Part shown: positions 13,295-25,350 of the stretch, piece by piece
Position numbering within the stretch: the first letter of the stretch is position 1
Layout of the letters: each line of letters begins with the position of its first letter
DNA from: Dimorphilus gyrociliatus
Lineage: Eukaryota; Animalia; Annelida
DNA: 64,000 nt
Assembly: GCA_904063045.1 (NCBI GenBank)
Contig: CAJFCJ010000006.1
Location: 3,054,408-3,118,407, forward strand
Reading direction: 5' to 3'
Position numbers and translations under genes: made by a program
Notes under the pieces: generated by a model
Database searches by the model: none
Seen by the model: only the letters and a program-made list of their open reading frames with translations
What the model was told of the DNA's origin: nothing

Positions 13295-16151
13295 ATGGTA
13301 AGTAATAACATGCGTCAAAATAATAGTCACCAGTTCATAGCGAATTCACTAGTCTAAATATTGAAGTATGGCTATAAAGTTAAATTGTGACGATCGTCAC
13401 GTAGAGTAACAGTTTTAGGTCACTGTAGTAAACCTCAATTTCAACAGGATATAAAAAACGGAATTTCGGAGGAGACGTCAACGATTGACGAATTTCAGGC
13501 AATTGCCGCAAGTCGGTGGGATGTAAAAAACCCTACATCGAAAAGATCACCAGATATGATTACGATTTGTGCCTACGATGAACAGCGATTGCCCAATAAT
13601 AATGAGGACATTACGAAGATTGCTAAATATAGCTCCAACGAAATTAATTGTGGTCCCGATATTAATTGTCCTATATCAGCGATCTGTGAGGTAAGTAATA
13701 ATATTAAAATTTTTATTTAAAATATGAATTTAAATTCGGCCAAAAATGAGTTCACTTGTGCTTGTTTAGAGTTTTTTTTCCGAGTTTACTACATATGTAA
13801 ATTTTAAAATTTGAATGGCTTACTTTCAAAAGTTGTACACTTTAATTAATTACAGACTAAGAAATATTTTTATGCTTATAGAAATTCTCCGAAAGGGAAC
13901 AAGCCAAGGAAAGTAAGAAGAGGAAGAATAAAGAAATTTCCGAATTTACCGAAAAAAAGCATTGTTCTCGTTCAATAGCATTAAAATCTACGGCGCTCTT
14001 CCCTCATCATATATCTTTTGATGATAATCAAAGACATGATGAACAGTCAACGTTTGAACAAGAGTCTCCTAGTTTATCAGCTCACTTCAATCGAAATTGT
14101 ATTCGAGAGGAAGTACCGTTTTTTTTTAACGATCACAGACATTCTCCTAGAAAGCATCTGACACAATTGCTAAAAGACCGTGGAGAACAACCTCGGCCAA
14201 AATCTTTCGGAACTTTCTTACAATATTCATCCTGCTCCCAACTTGGTGATGGTATCATGAAGTGCATGGAATGTCGTAATCAAAGAACTTTAAGTAATTA
14301 TTGTCGATTTTTTGCTTTTCGAAAAATACGCTACGACGAAAACGGCTTAAGGGCTGTAGGTTTCAGTGAAATGTGCGATATTCAGGAAGAAGATACTATT
14401 TTGTGGAAGTCATTATATCCGATATCAAAACCGTATCTTACTCAAGATATGGCCAAGTACATAATAGAGAGAGTTGCGTTTAAGTTTCTTGAAATGTTGG
14501 AAATGGAAAGGGAGGCTATTAAATTTAAAAACTCTCAAATGAAGTTATTTTGGAAGCGACCTTGCCATCAGATTAGAGAAATGTGTGATGTTTGTAATAC
14601 AACGTTATTCAACATAAATTGGGTCTGTGCCAAATGCGGTTTCTCTGTATGCATCGATTGTTTTAAATTGAAACTTCACAATTCAAAAGTGGAAGTAAAG
14701 GAAGCTGAGAGAAAGTAAGTGAAATTATTCTTTTCGATTTTAGAGTTAATTAAATATTTTTGTGAATAAGATGGTTAACTTGCGCTTCCAACAACAACGA
14801 AAATCATTCAACCGACTCACTTATAATTGCTCAAATTATTCCTGGTTATGCGTTTTGGACTTTAGGAAAAGACCTACGTTCTGTAATAAATCAGCACGAT
14901 CTTAGAGTAATTAAAGGATCCGATGAAGCATCTTCTCATATTAAAAATATTTATGATTATCTACAAAAAAAGACGTTGGACGAGAATAAAGACTTTTTCG
15001 ATATACCTGATAAATTGTTTTCATCTATTCCTCATTTTTGGATTGATAATCAGAGGGTTCTTCAAATTCTTTATCCGAGACATCCAAATGCTGTAGACCT
15101 GTTTAGAAGTCAATGGTCACTAGGAATACCTGTTATTGCTTCCAATTGCAATAGTTATATTGATGATGAATTATGGCATCCTAAAAGATTCACAGAAGAA
15201 GTAGGAAACAAGAAAGCAACCCTAGTTAACTGCAGAACACACGAGATCATTGAAGACCAACTGATTTCTGAGTTTTGGGATGGATTTGAATGCGAATCGG
15301 CAAGAATGCCAGATATTCGAAACAAAAAAGAGCACCTTATTCTGAAATTAAAAGATTGGCCTCCCACAGAAGACTTTGCCAAAATCTTACCTAAGCATTT
15401 TAGCAATTTAATGGAAGCTCTCCCATTTCCAGAGTATACTCATCGAGATGGTGTCTTCAATTTAACATCACGTCTGCCTGACTTTTTTGTGCGTCCTGAT
15501 TTGGGCCCAAAAATGTACAATGCATATGGTAGTGCTAAATACCCCAATGAAGCAACAACCAACTTACATTTAGACGTGTCTGACGCCGCTAATCTTATGC
15601 TCTATGTTGGAATTGTAAAAGATGATGCTAATTGTAATCACCATAACGTTGTTATGAACGCTTTGCGAAATGAAGGTGTTTGCAACATTCAAATTGAAAG
15701 AGCTCAAAAAGAAATTCCAGGAGCCTTGTGGCATATCTTCGACGCAGACGACGCTGACAAAATACGAGCTTTCTTAAGAAAAGTGGCACAAGAAAAAGGT
15801 GAGAAAATAGAAGCTAATCATGATCCCATTCACGACCAGAGCTCTTATCTTGACGTCAACTTAAGAAAAAGGCTAAAAGACGAATATGACATCGAAGGAT
15901 ATTGCTTAGTTCAGTTTCTAGGTGATGCTGTTTTTATTCCAGGAGGTGCACCTCATCAAGTTAGAAATTTACATTCTTGTATTAAAGCAGCTGAAGACTT
16001 TGTATCTCCCGAGCATCTTCATCATTCTTTCCGATTGACTAATGAATTTCGTCAATTATCGGATACACACTCAAATCACGAAGATAAACTGCAAATTAAA
16101 AATATAACGTATCAAGCGATAAAAGACGCTGTTGCTGTTCTTAAGAGATAA
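13295..16151 (+). CDS. KDM3: KDM3/JMJD1 histone H3K9 demethylase, about 819 aa. Exons 13295-13297, 13448-13690, 13882-14714, 14771-16151
   Basis: Zinc finger CDVC..LFNINWVCAKCGFSVCIDC; KWLTC and QIIPG motifs; JmjC core LKLKDWPP, PDLGPKMYNAYG, TNLHLDVSDA, GAPHQVRNLHSCIKAAEDFVSPEH with intact HxD...H. Exon lengths sum to 2460 nt in frame. The N-terminal exons are less certain than the core. Confidence 0.92.
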
Positions 16152-16532
16152 GAAAAAATAACTGATACAGCTCTGCTGATTAACTAGTTTGCCTTTGTTT
16201 TAAAATAGTTTATGTGGATGTTTAAATCAGAACAAAATAGCTCGAATAGTTTTATATATTAGTATATATATATATATACGTATATTGTAAATAACGCCTT
16301 ATCATTTTTTAAGAAATACTTAAATGTCAGTAGTTTTTTCAATGAAATTCTCTTGATAATGGATCTATGTAAAATAATGTACAGATTTCTAAATTATGGT
16401 ACAGAATTTTTAGAATATTTCGCAGTTTTCTACGAAATTTTCCAATAAAAATATTCAGGTTGAAGAATTAAGGGGAAATTCAGTTGGTCAACTAACCAGA
16501 TGGCGCCTTTAAAGTTATCCTTCAATACTATA

Positions 16533-16553
16533 GTCACGTGACTAGTGACGTCA
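16533..16553. promoter_or_regulatory. CLEAR/E-box (GTCACGTGAC) plus CRE (TGACGTCA) upstream of RETREG
   Basis: Perfect palindromes at 16533-16542 and 16546-16553, 30-50 nt upstream of ATG 16582. Confidence 0.65.
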
Positions 16554-16581
16554 TAGCTAAACAAAACTGCAGCAAAAAAAT

Positions 16582-18503
16582 ATGGACCGTCGATGTAAAT
16601 CAAAATGTATGGAAACAAAACAAATAAATGAGGAATTTGATAATACAGATGATGTATCTACCACTCAGTTAATTGAGAAAAGAGAGGAATATCTCAGAAA
16701 TTTACTTTTACCCATTGAAAGTCAACTGGTTGTACTGCAAAGAATTTTATATTGGGAAATACCATGGGCTAGTGCGTCGTTGATTATCAACGTTAATTTA
16801 TTCTTCTAGTAAGTAAAAATACTTTCAGTTAAATTATAAAATAAAAATTAAGAGCAATACGAATTTATTATTTAACATCTGTTGCTTTAAAAATATATAA
16901 ATATATTTAAGTCAGTCAGCATTTGCAACGGATGTGACGTCATTAATTCGAACATTTTTAAATGATACAAGTAGAACTTTCTTTTTCTGTTTTGCAGTCC
17001 TTTAAGATATTGCACAAAAGTTTTGTATCTTATAAAAAATAATAAAACAAAAATGTTGTTAAAATATATTATAGAATATCAAATAATTACGATATTCAGT
17101 ATTAAATTAATGTATCTATTATATTAGTTGAAAAAATGTTTATCTTAATCAAATTTTAATTACTATTTGTTGATGGATGTATATATGTTGTACTTTATGC
17201 AACAGAGAAATTCTTTAATAGCTTAAAAAAGAAATTGAAAAAGTTAAGTTAAAGAAAACGTGCTAATAATAATAATAATTGCCATTTAGATTAGATATCT
17301 TTATCAATTAATAAACATCCTTGAGCTCATCCTCTTTATTTTTCAACAGCTTTGCAACAACTTGTAGGCCAATTTATCTCATTGGCATCATTTCCGGACT
17401 CATTGTCTCAGTGGATATGTGGTTTAACGTATTCTGGCCTGAAATAAGAGTGTCCAAACCAGCGAACGATGACAACGAAGAGTCAGTATTGATAACAGAG
17501 TTATCTCTTCATACTTTTATTATTATTTGAACATATTTAATAATAGGGTTATTACGTAGTAGTTTTTTTTTTCTGAAAACAACCAGTACTTGACTCATTC
17601 ATAAATATAGTATATATAAAAACATATTTACAGGTTGTACTTAGAAATTATAACGCAAATTTTCCCATTGGAATCATTTTCTTTTGCAGATAACACTTAT
17701 TTAGCACTTCTAATGAATACAATTCCTCTTTTTAGTTGGACTCCTTTACATCCTCAAGCAGCTACAGTTCCAGAATTAGCTAGAACAACAGCAGAATTCT
17801 GGACTACACTTACATTATATGTTAATTGTCTCAGGAAACTGCGTTCGGAGAGAAAAGTAAAATTTTTCCTTATCAACTTCACCATCTTTTCGTCCATTCT
17901 GTTAATAAGCTCATACATCAGTGGTCTTATGCTACTATATACGATTGCCATGTTTCTTTTAATTACTCCTCCTGTTTCAAAATATGGCCTCCTACAGAGG
18001 CTATACGAACGCCTTGAACCGCATTTAATGACAATTGAGTATAGTCTCAGTATTCAGAGAAGAAGAAAAAGAAGAAGAGGAAGTGGAAGTGGTAGGTTGA
18101 CAATTTTCAATTTAGTGTACTTGTAGTGGTACTTATATTTCTATCAGAGGAGTTTATGGAAGGAAACGAACCACCTCATATACAAGTAAAGGACGAAAAA
18201 GGAAATATTTGCGAAACAGATGACAGTGATTTAGACTTGTCTTCAGCATGCGTTGATCCACAGAAGTCTGCAGCACTGGCGAAGGTTATTACAGATAGCG
18301 AAGATGAAGGAACTGATTATGCCCCTTCAGTGGATGATTCGCTCATGCCACCTACTCCAATGACAATTAGTTCCACCAGTGAAATAGAGGATACTCTCGA
18401 TATAGCTCCCGAACATTATGGAGCGGAGAGTCCAAGTCAAACTAGTGAATTCGAAGACTATGATTTATTGCCAGATGAGGACCTGGCTAGGAAGGAAATA
18501 TAA
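16582..18503 (+). CDS. RETREG: Reticulophagy regulator (FAM134/RETREG family). Exons 16582-16808, 17350-17481, 17736-18091, 18148-18503
   Basis: Reticulon-homology segments (LQRILYWEIPWAS, WTPLHP, hydrophobic hairpins), acidic disordered C-terminus and terminal LIR-like FEDYDLL. Phases are compatible across all introns. Confidence 0.82.
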
Positions 18504-19759
18504 TACCATTCTTACCTTACAGTAAATTTATATATTTATATAGATATTCATCTTATATCCTGCTGTGTAAGTCTGCACGCAAAATGATTACGTTAAAGTT
18601 GGAACAGTATATTATACATACATTTCCGTAACATAAAAGTATAGATTTAACAAATCATCCGAGTAATCTATTAGAAAATTGATAATTTTTGTTTGCATTA
18701 CAAGTAAAGGTAAAATATACTTAAAAAAAATGAGTGCCATCTGAACAAATGGAAAGAAAACAAGTTGAATGAATGTTTAAAGGATTTTTCTCATTTTATA
18801 TTTTTCCTCTTTATAGTATTTCATGGGATTAAAAAAGAGTAGTTTAACTTCTTAATAACTGCATTATGGAATATACAGTATACAAATTCACAACTCTTTT
18901 CTTGATATAAAACAGAATGTTCACAGTATAGACTAGTTTGTCTTACAATAATATAGATATTTGAAATTGAACACTAGCACTTAGCACTCAAGTTAAATGC
19001 TTTAAAACATCACTTTTAAGAAGAAATGAGGAAAATTTGGAAATTTGTTTTAATCGTCACTTGATTGAATGGTTTATTAATTTTTATTGCATTATTTTTT
19101 TTTTTCAATAGGAAAAAGGTTTGTTATTTTTCCCCTTTAAAGTAAAAAACTAATCTATACATTTAAGACTGATGATTTCGTTTTCATATTTTATTTTCTC
19201 GTTTGACTATTTTTTGAAGAAGTAAAATAAATACAAGGAAAAATTTGTAATAATTCTTTCGTTTCTTTATTAAGAATACTATATAGAGACATATGAAACT
19301 TCGCAGACGAAATACGTTACATGAACATTTAAAAAATTTTCTAATTTCAAATTTGAATTTCACTTCACTTAAGACAAATCGATGACTCAATTACACAAGC
19401 AAATGTCTCTTCCTTAATTTTTTTGAATTGGTTTGATTAATTTCATTTAAAAAGTTGAAAAAAGTTGAACCATTAAGGAGCGCCGTGGAAAATAAGTTTA
19501 TGAGATCACTTATAAAAACAATTAAATGGCATATTTTCTAAATGAAATGCAATACATATTTCTGTACAACACCGTAGGCTCAAGTCTGCTTCATCAAGCA
19601 TTAATTATTTTTAACTAAACTAATACAGATACATGTAGAAGTGTACATGTAAAGGGATGTTATACGACACAAAAACATATGTAAATATATGTTTCTTTGT
19701 TTGTATATGCTTCAAAAAAGACATATACATTTTATGTATATATATACACTGTATATATC

Positions 19760-19785
<26 letters not shown>
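19760..19785. repeat. (TA)13 microsatellite
   Basis: Uninterrupted TA run between the convergent RETREG and BMPR2-like 3' ends. Confidence 0.9.
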
Positions 19786-19790
<5 letters not shown>

Positions 19791-19909
19791 ACTGTATTAT
19801 CATACAACACTAATTAGCAGCTTTGCTGAGAGGAAACCAGACAATATCCATTGATAGAATGTTCTGAAAAACTCCATTACTTAATTTAACTGAAAATTTA
19901 TCACCGGAG

Positions 19910-22900
19910 TCAGAGTGGTAAACTTGTGGGTCTACACACCCTTGCATTTGGTGGAGCTATCAAATCTACGTGTTCACTAGATGGCACAGCACCATTGCTA
20001 TCTTGAGATATAAGTGGGCGGTAATCTATTTCACTAGAATCACTTGCAGCAATAGATTCATTGTTGTTGATTGTTCTCAGCGAAGAATTAGAAGATAACG
20101 TTAGCTCCAAGACCTTAAATCTCTCTTCAACACATATACCAGTTAACCTAGCAGCATCATCAGCATCCCAACATTCTTGTATGGTCTCAGAAATATCCAT
20201 AAGAATATTAGAATTTAAGATTTTACAATTAATGGAAGGTCTCATATTTTGTTTAACAGCAATAAACTGCATAGATTCTAAATTGGCTACCATTCCATTT
20301 AACTCTATTTCAAAAGGCAACAAATGCCTGTTATTGCTGTAAACATTCAATATCTCCCAAAGAATTAATGATAAAGAGTATATATCTGCACTTCTTAAAG
20401 AAGAACTCACATCACCCATGTTAACTGTACCATCCAATAATTCAGGTGCCATGTATCTGGTTGTGCCGGCGTTTATAAGTCCACTGTCCATTTCGTTTCC
20501 AGCAACGTGACCTAAACCCAGATCACATAATACGCAAGATGAATCTGCTCTAACAAGAACATTGGTCGAGGTTAAATCCCTATGGGCAATCTTATTCTGA
20601 TGAAGGAATGACAGAGCACTGGATAGAGTAGACATTAACTTTATGGTTTCGTCTAATTGTAAGTCGTTATGGCTGGATAGGTAGTCTCTTAGAGAACCAC
20701 CTGGTACATATTCCAATACCAATTTCATTAAGTCATCTTTCATAAATGAACCGAAAAATTGTAGTATTCCTTGGTGACGCACACCTAAATTATCAAGGTG
20801 TCGGTAGATCATGACCTCCCTTGAAAAATGGTTAAAGTTTTCTCTGCAAAATGATTTAAATATAACTAGTTTATCTCCCATAGTAGCAACCCAAACATCT
20901 CCATATCTACCAGAAGCGATCAGAGATTCTGGGGTATAACTGGCTTCAGTTAAAAACTCAGTACTAAATTTGGTCGACTTTTCACTGTGCTCCTCAAATC
21001 GGCTTCTAGAGCACCGCTTCTCATATGTACACACTCGATATACTGAATAGCAAATAATGACAATAATTGAGAAGATAGCCAAAACTGCCAGCGGTATTAA
21101 AACTTTAATAATATTATTTCTTCTACCCTCTAAGTTGGATTTTTGTGAAACCTTTTGCGAATCATTGTCATTGCCGTAGATGTCACTTTGCTTGTGATGG
21201 GTCACATTAAAAAAGTGCTTTGGGTTAATTTTATCCTCCGAATTACAATAGTTTGATTTACAACAACAAACTTGAACGCTTCTCCCATTAGGATGATATT
21301 GAGTTAAACATTCGTTGGTATCATCGCAATTATAATCTGGTGGCCATGACTCAATGTCCAGACACCCTGAACTGTAGACTTTTACCTTTTTTGAGGCATT
21401 TTTCTGAACAACATAGTGCGCGTAACATTTATGAGAAGGACTATGGCAACGTATTGTTAAATTAGAATAGAAAATTATTCCTCCAAAATCCTTATTTGAA
21501 ACTCCAGGGTCATTGGTAAAATTTTTATCTGGTTTATCGAGTGTAGGATAACCACGATTTCCGTTGTTTGTGAATTTGCAGGAAATGGTCTCCTCTTTCT
21601 TATAGACTGCTGCGCCATCTATAGGATTAAAAAACCATTATAGTAAACTAAATTAACAACAAAACAGCATTATCCTGAGGAAAAAATTACGTTATCATAG
21701 TCGAACATCTAATTAAGCAAAACAAACTAATAAATATAACAGTGTTTTTTGTATATACTCTATAAAGATAATTAGAAAATCTCAAATTAAAAAAAAACAA
21801 AGATAGAATAAAAGGTCGGCAGTGTCAGATTTTTTTTTCTGTTTAATTGTGAAAGAGATATTTTTATAACTAATGCATTTATTCAATAAGTAAGTGAAAC
21901 TTGTTAATTTGTTAGAAAACATTCTATGTGGCCTGTAAAAATTTAATCCGTTTGAAAAAATCTAATTTTTCTCTGAATTATGAGTGGCTGTTAGTGTTTT
22001 CTAAAAGCCTTCTATTATAACATGTAAATGTCTGCACGTTTTTAATGTTTATTGTAATAGACGAAGAGTATTTTGTCTTATATTATTTGATCTTAATAGA
22101 TTCATTAAAATATGTTGTAAACGAAAATCATGGCTCTTTTCAATGTGGAATAAATTTTGAAAGAACAAATAATGAATATCAATAGTTTAGGGAAATTCGG
22201 TTATAATATTTCTCATTCGACCTTTTCATATAACTGTTTATCATGCTATAGTATTCAAAATAACGGCAATAACTTTTAGTTTAAAATTAACAGGTGAAAT
22301 TGATGGGCTTAAAGAACGATTAAAGGTTAAGAAGAGAGATATTTCAAGATTTCCGACGCGATATTTTCAAAACCTTTTAACGCAAGTTAATAGTTTATAT
22401 TAAGCATACACCTGCGTAATCGCGTAACTCGAGTTGTATCAACGCAGTTATCAACGACAATAGTCAGTTAATTTGATCTTATTTGGATAGTGTTCGGTAC
22501 AAAGAAAAAAAATAGAAGAACAAAAAAAATTCTGTTAATTAGAACTGCAATCAAAGCAATATTGTTTTGCAAGATATTATAATCGAATAATTCGACTGTA
22601 TCGAGATTTCTTTTACTTTGAGCCCTCACTTTTTCATCGATTGTGAATGCCATTAAGAGAGTGCAGAGAACATTATTGTAATTTATTGTTGAATTACTCT
22701 AAATGGCTATGAAATAAATTTATAGCAGATCCAGTATCTTGAATTGACAGTATTTCATTTTAAAATGTCTTTAAGAAAACAAGGTGTCGTCAATAAAGAT
22801 AAACGGTATGAACAGTCGCTCAAATCAATAAAATAAACATGCCGTTTAATTTGTGATCAACATTGGAATTGTTTAAACAAAAATGCTAAATACTGAATAT

Positions 22901-24500
22901 ACCGGTGTCGGCCAACTCGATAGAGAACAAATATAACTCAGCACGAAAACTGAAAAGTTTATCAACCCTTAGATTAATTTATCATCGGCGAAAGGGGAAG
23001 AGAGGAGGGGCGTTAAGGGTGAAGGAGTTGAAAATCAAATAGAATCGAGCAACAGATGCAATTTGTCAAGAGAATCATTCCACAGGCTGACTTAAGCTAT
23101 GCTCAAGTTTGGGAAAAATCAAGAACAGAGATTCATTCGAACTGATGAAAAACATAGTGTTTATTTCACTTCGAAAATACTGGAGTAATAGCAGATGCCT
23201 CAACGAGAGGTAAGAAGGGAAATTGCTTTAAGTTAGAGTATGCAGAAAACAACCAAATCTTCTTTTACACCATGAAATGAGACCCGGTAAAAACGGAGCC
23301 ATGCTATCATTCCACTGAGTTAATATAAAAAAGAAAACCATCAATATTATTTTATCTAGCTAAACCGCAAACCCCCTTACCAAACATTTGCCTCCACTGA
23401 CATTTACTGGCGCCAAACAGGGTTTGCATTCTGTTATCTTGCTTTAGTTCAATTATTCATTGAAATAGTGTGTCTACTAGCTTCTCTATTTCTTTTACAT
23501 TGAGAAATAAAATGTAAGCAAATGAAAGCCATTTACTAAATGATAGAAGGCGGGAGTCTTGAAATTTGATCTTTAGACGAAGGGTGTTAATATCAAGTGG
23601 AATCCAATTAGAGAATTTTAGCATAGGCAGGCATCAAAGATTAAAGACAGTTACGGATTCTTTAAGAGATACGTCGAAAGACTAGTCATGCGTCATCTTC
23701 CAAAGAGTACCCATGAAAAAATTATTAAACTCTTATAAATTATCTGAAACCCTTTAAAAGGACTAAGTTTTAATTATGTACATAGCTAAAGTATTCAACT
23801 AAGCAATCAATACATGTTTATGTGCAACCATGCGTGCTAGTATAAAATCCATAGAAAAATTCCCATTATTTGCGCGAAAACAATTTTTGATGGTCGGATC
23901 CTTTAGCTAAATCTTTCAATCTTGTTTGCTTAAATTTTCCAGTTACGTAATTCTAAAAATACATTAGGATCCTGTAAGCCTACGACGATGCTTTAAAAAT
24001 AAACAAGTATTGTATTATTTTGATTCCCATTAATTAGTATTCTTAAAGAGTTAGAATCGGGAAAAGAGAACGAAAACAAGAAGTATAAGAATTAAAACAA
24101 TGAAAAAGCAAAAATTATTCATTAGCTAATGAAAATCAGAAAACCGGCCTGAACAGTTTTTCAGATATTCTTTGTTCTACCTAAATCTAATGTTAAAATT
24201 CATCGTCTAAGGACATTTTATACATAAAATGCAAAGACTACAACAAATAGAGTATAACATTTTTTTCAGATCCTATTTTGCATTTATACAACTTTAGATT
24301 TACTACTTCAAGTTAGAGAAAAAATATTTAATCCGACTCGAAATAGCCAAGATTCCACTCTGAATATTTTAACGAAAAAAAGCATGATTCCTATCAATCA
24401 ACGAAAGCCGATAAAGAATATAGTTTAAACAATGCTTACCTAAGAGACCATGGTATGAAATCAACAAAATCAAGGAGGAGAAAACGGACAAAGAATCCAT
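19910..24500 (-). CDS. BMPR2: TGF-beta family type II receptor, BMPR2/wishful-thinking-like, 589 aa, two coding exons (24500-24440, 21618-19910)
   Basis: Exon 1 encodes signal peptide MDSLSVFSSLILLISYHGLL with a phase-1 GTAAGC donor matching the phase-1 acceptor at 21619. Ectodomain has N.TIRC..C, GC and CCC.S.YCN; one TM; no GS box; kinase motifs GRYGDVW, HRDLTSTNVLV, DLG, GTTRYMAPELLDGTVN. Orthology to BMPR2 versus another type II receptor is inferred. Confidence 0.8.
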
Positions 24501-25350
24501 AACGCCGGTATAAGAACGTTTAATGGCGGCTGTCTGGCTGTATTGATCGATTCTGACCGATTTTAGCGCCGAAAGTTTCCCTTCTTCTCGCACCTACTTT
24601 CAAAGTCAATGAAAGTGATATATTTTCTCGATCTTCCTCTGGTTTTTATCTCTTTTCATTTGTTCACAAAAAAATTAATTTAGTTTTTATTGCCTGAACT
24701 GCGCATTTAGAAATCAGTATTTGACACCTGACCCTAGACGGTCACGTGATGTCTAGTGACCCCTATTTACATATTATTTCGGATTTTTTTTAAATTAAAA
24801 AGAGCGCACTAACTAAAGAAAAAAATTCTCAGATTAACGAAATTATTGTTATATAAATTTATTTAAAAACTTCCGAAAAATAATGCATCTGCCAACTTCC
24901 TGTAATTTCGCGCCACACATTCAAATACTACTTTTGAAGGCCGCGAGGTTCTGACCGATCAGTAGCCCGATCTTTTCAACCACAAATGATAAGAATTTAA
25001 ATACATTATTCATTAATCAATGATATAATCGCAATATTTTATAATACTATTCGAAACAGTAGAAACAATTTAAAATTATGCATTTTCCATTGATTCTAAC
25101 TACAAAACATACAAGCGATTTTACTGTTTTCAAAAGTAAAGAAAACAAGCATATGCTTTGATTTCTGATAAGAGATAACTAAAAGTCTACTCAGTAGACA
25201 GGAAAAGCAAAATAAAACTTTTTCATTAAAAAAAGCTCTTTATGCAAAAATAAAGAGAATTTATTATTTTTCAACAAGAACGTTACAAATAAAGTTAATA
25301 AACGATAATAATTCCAATGAAAACACCTTCTTCAAGTCTTTTAAGGATAA

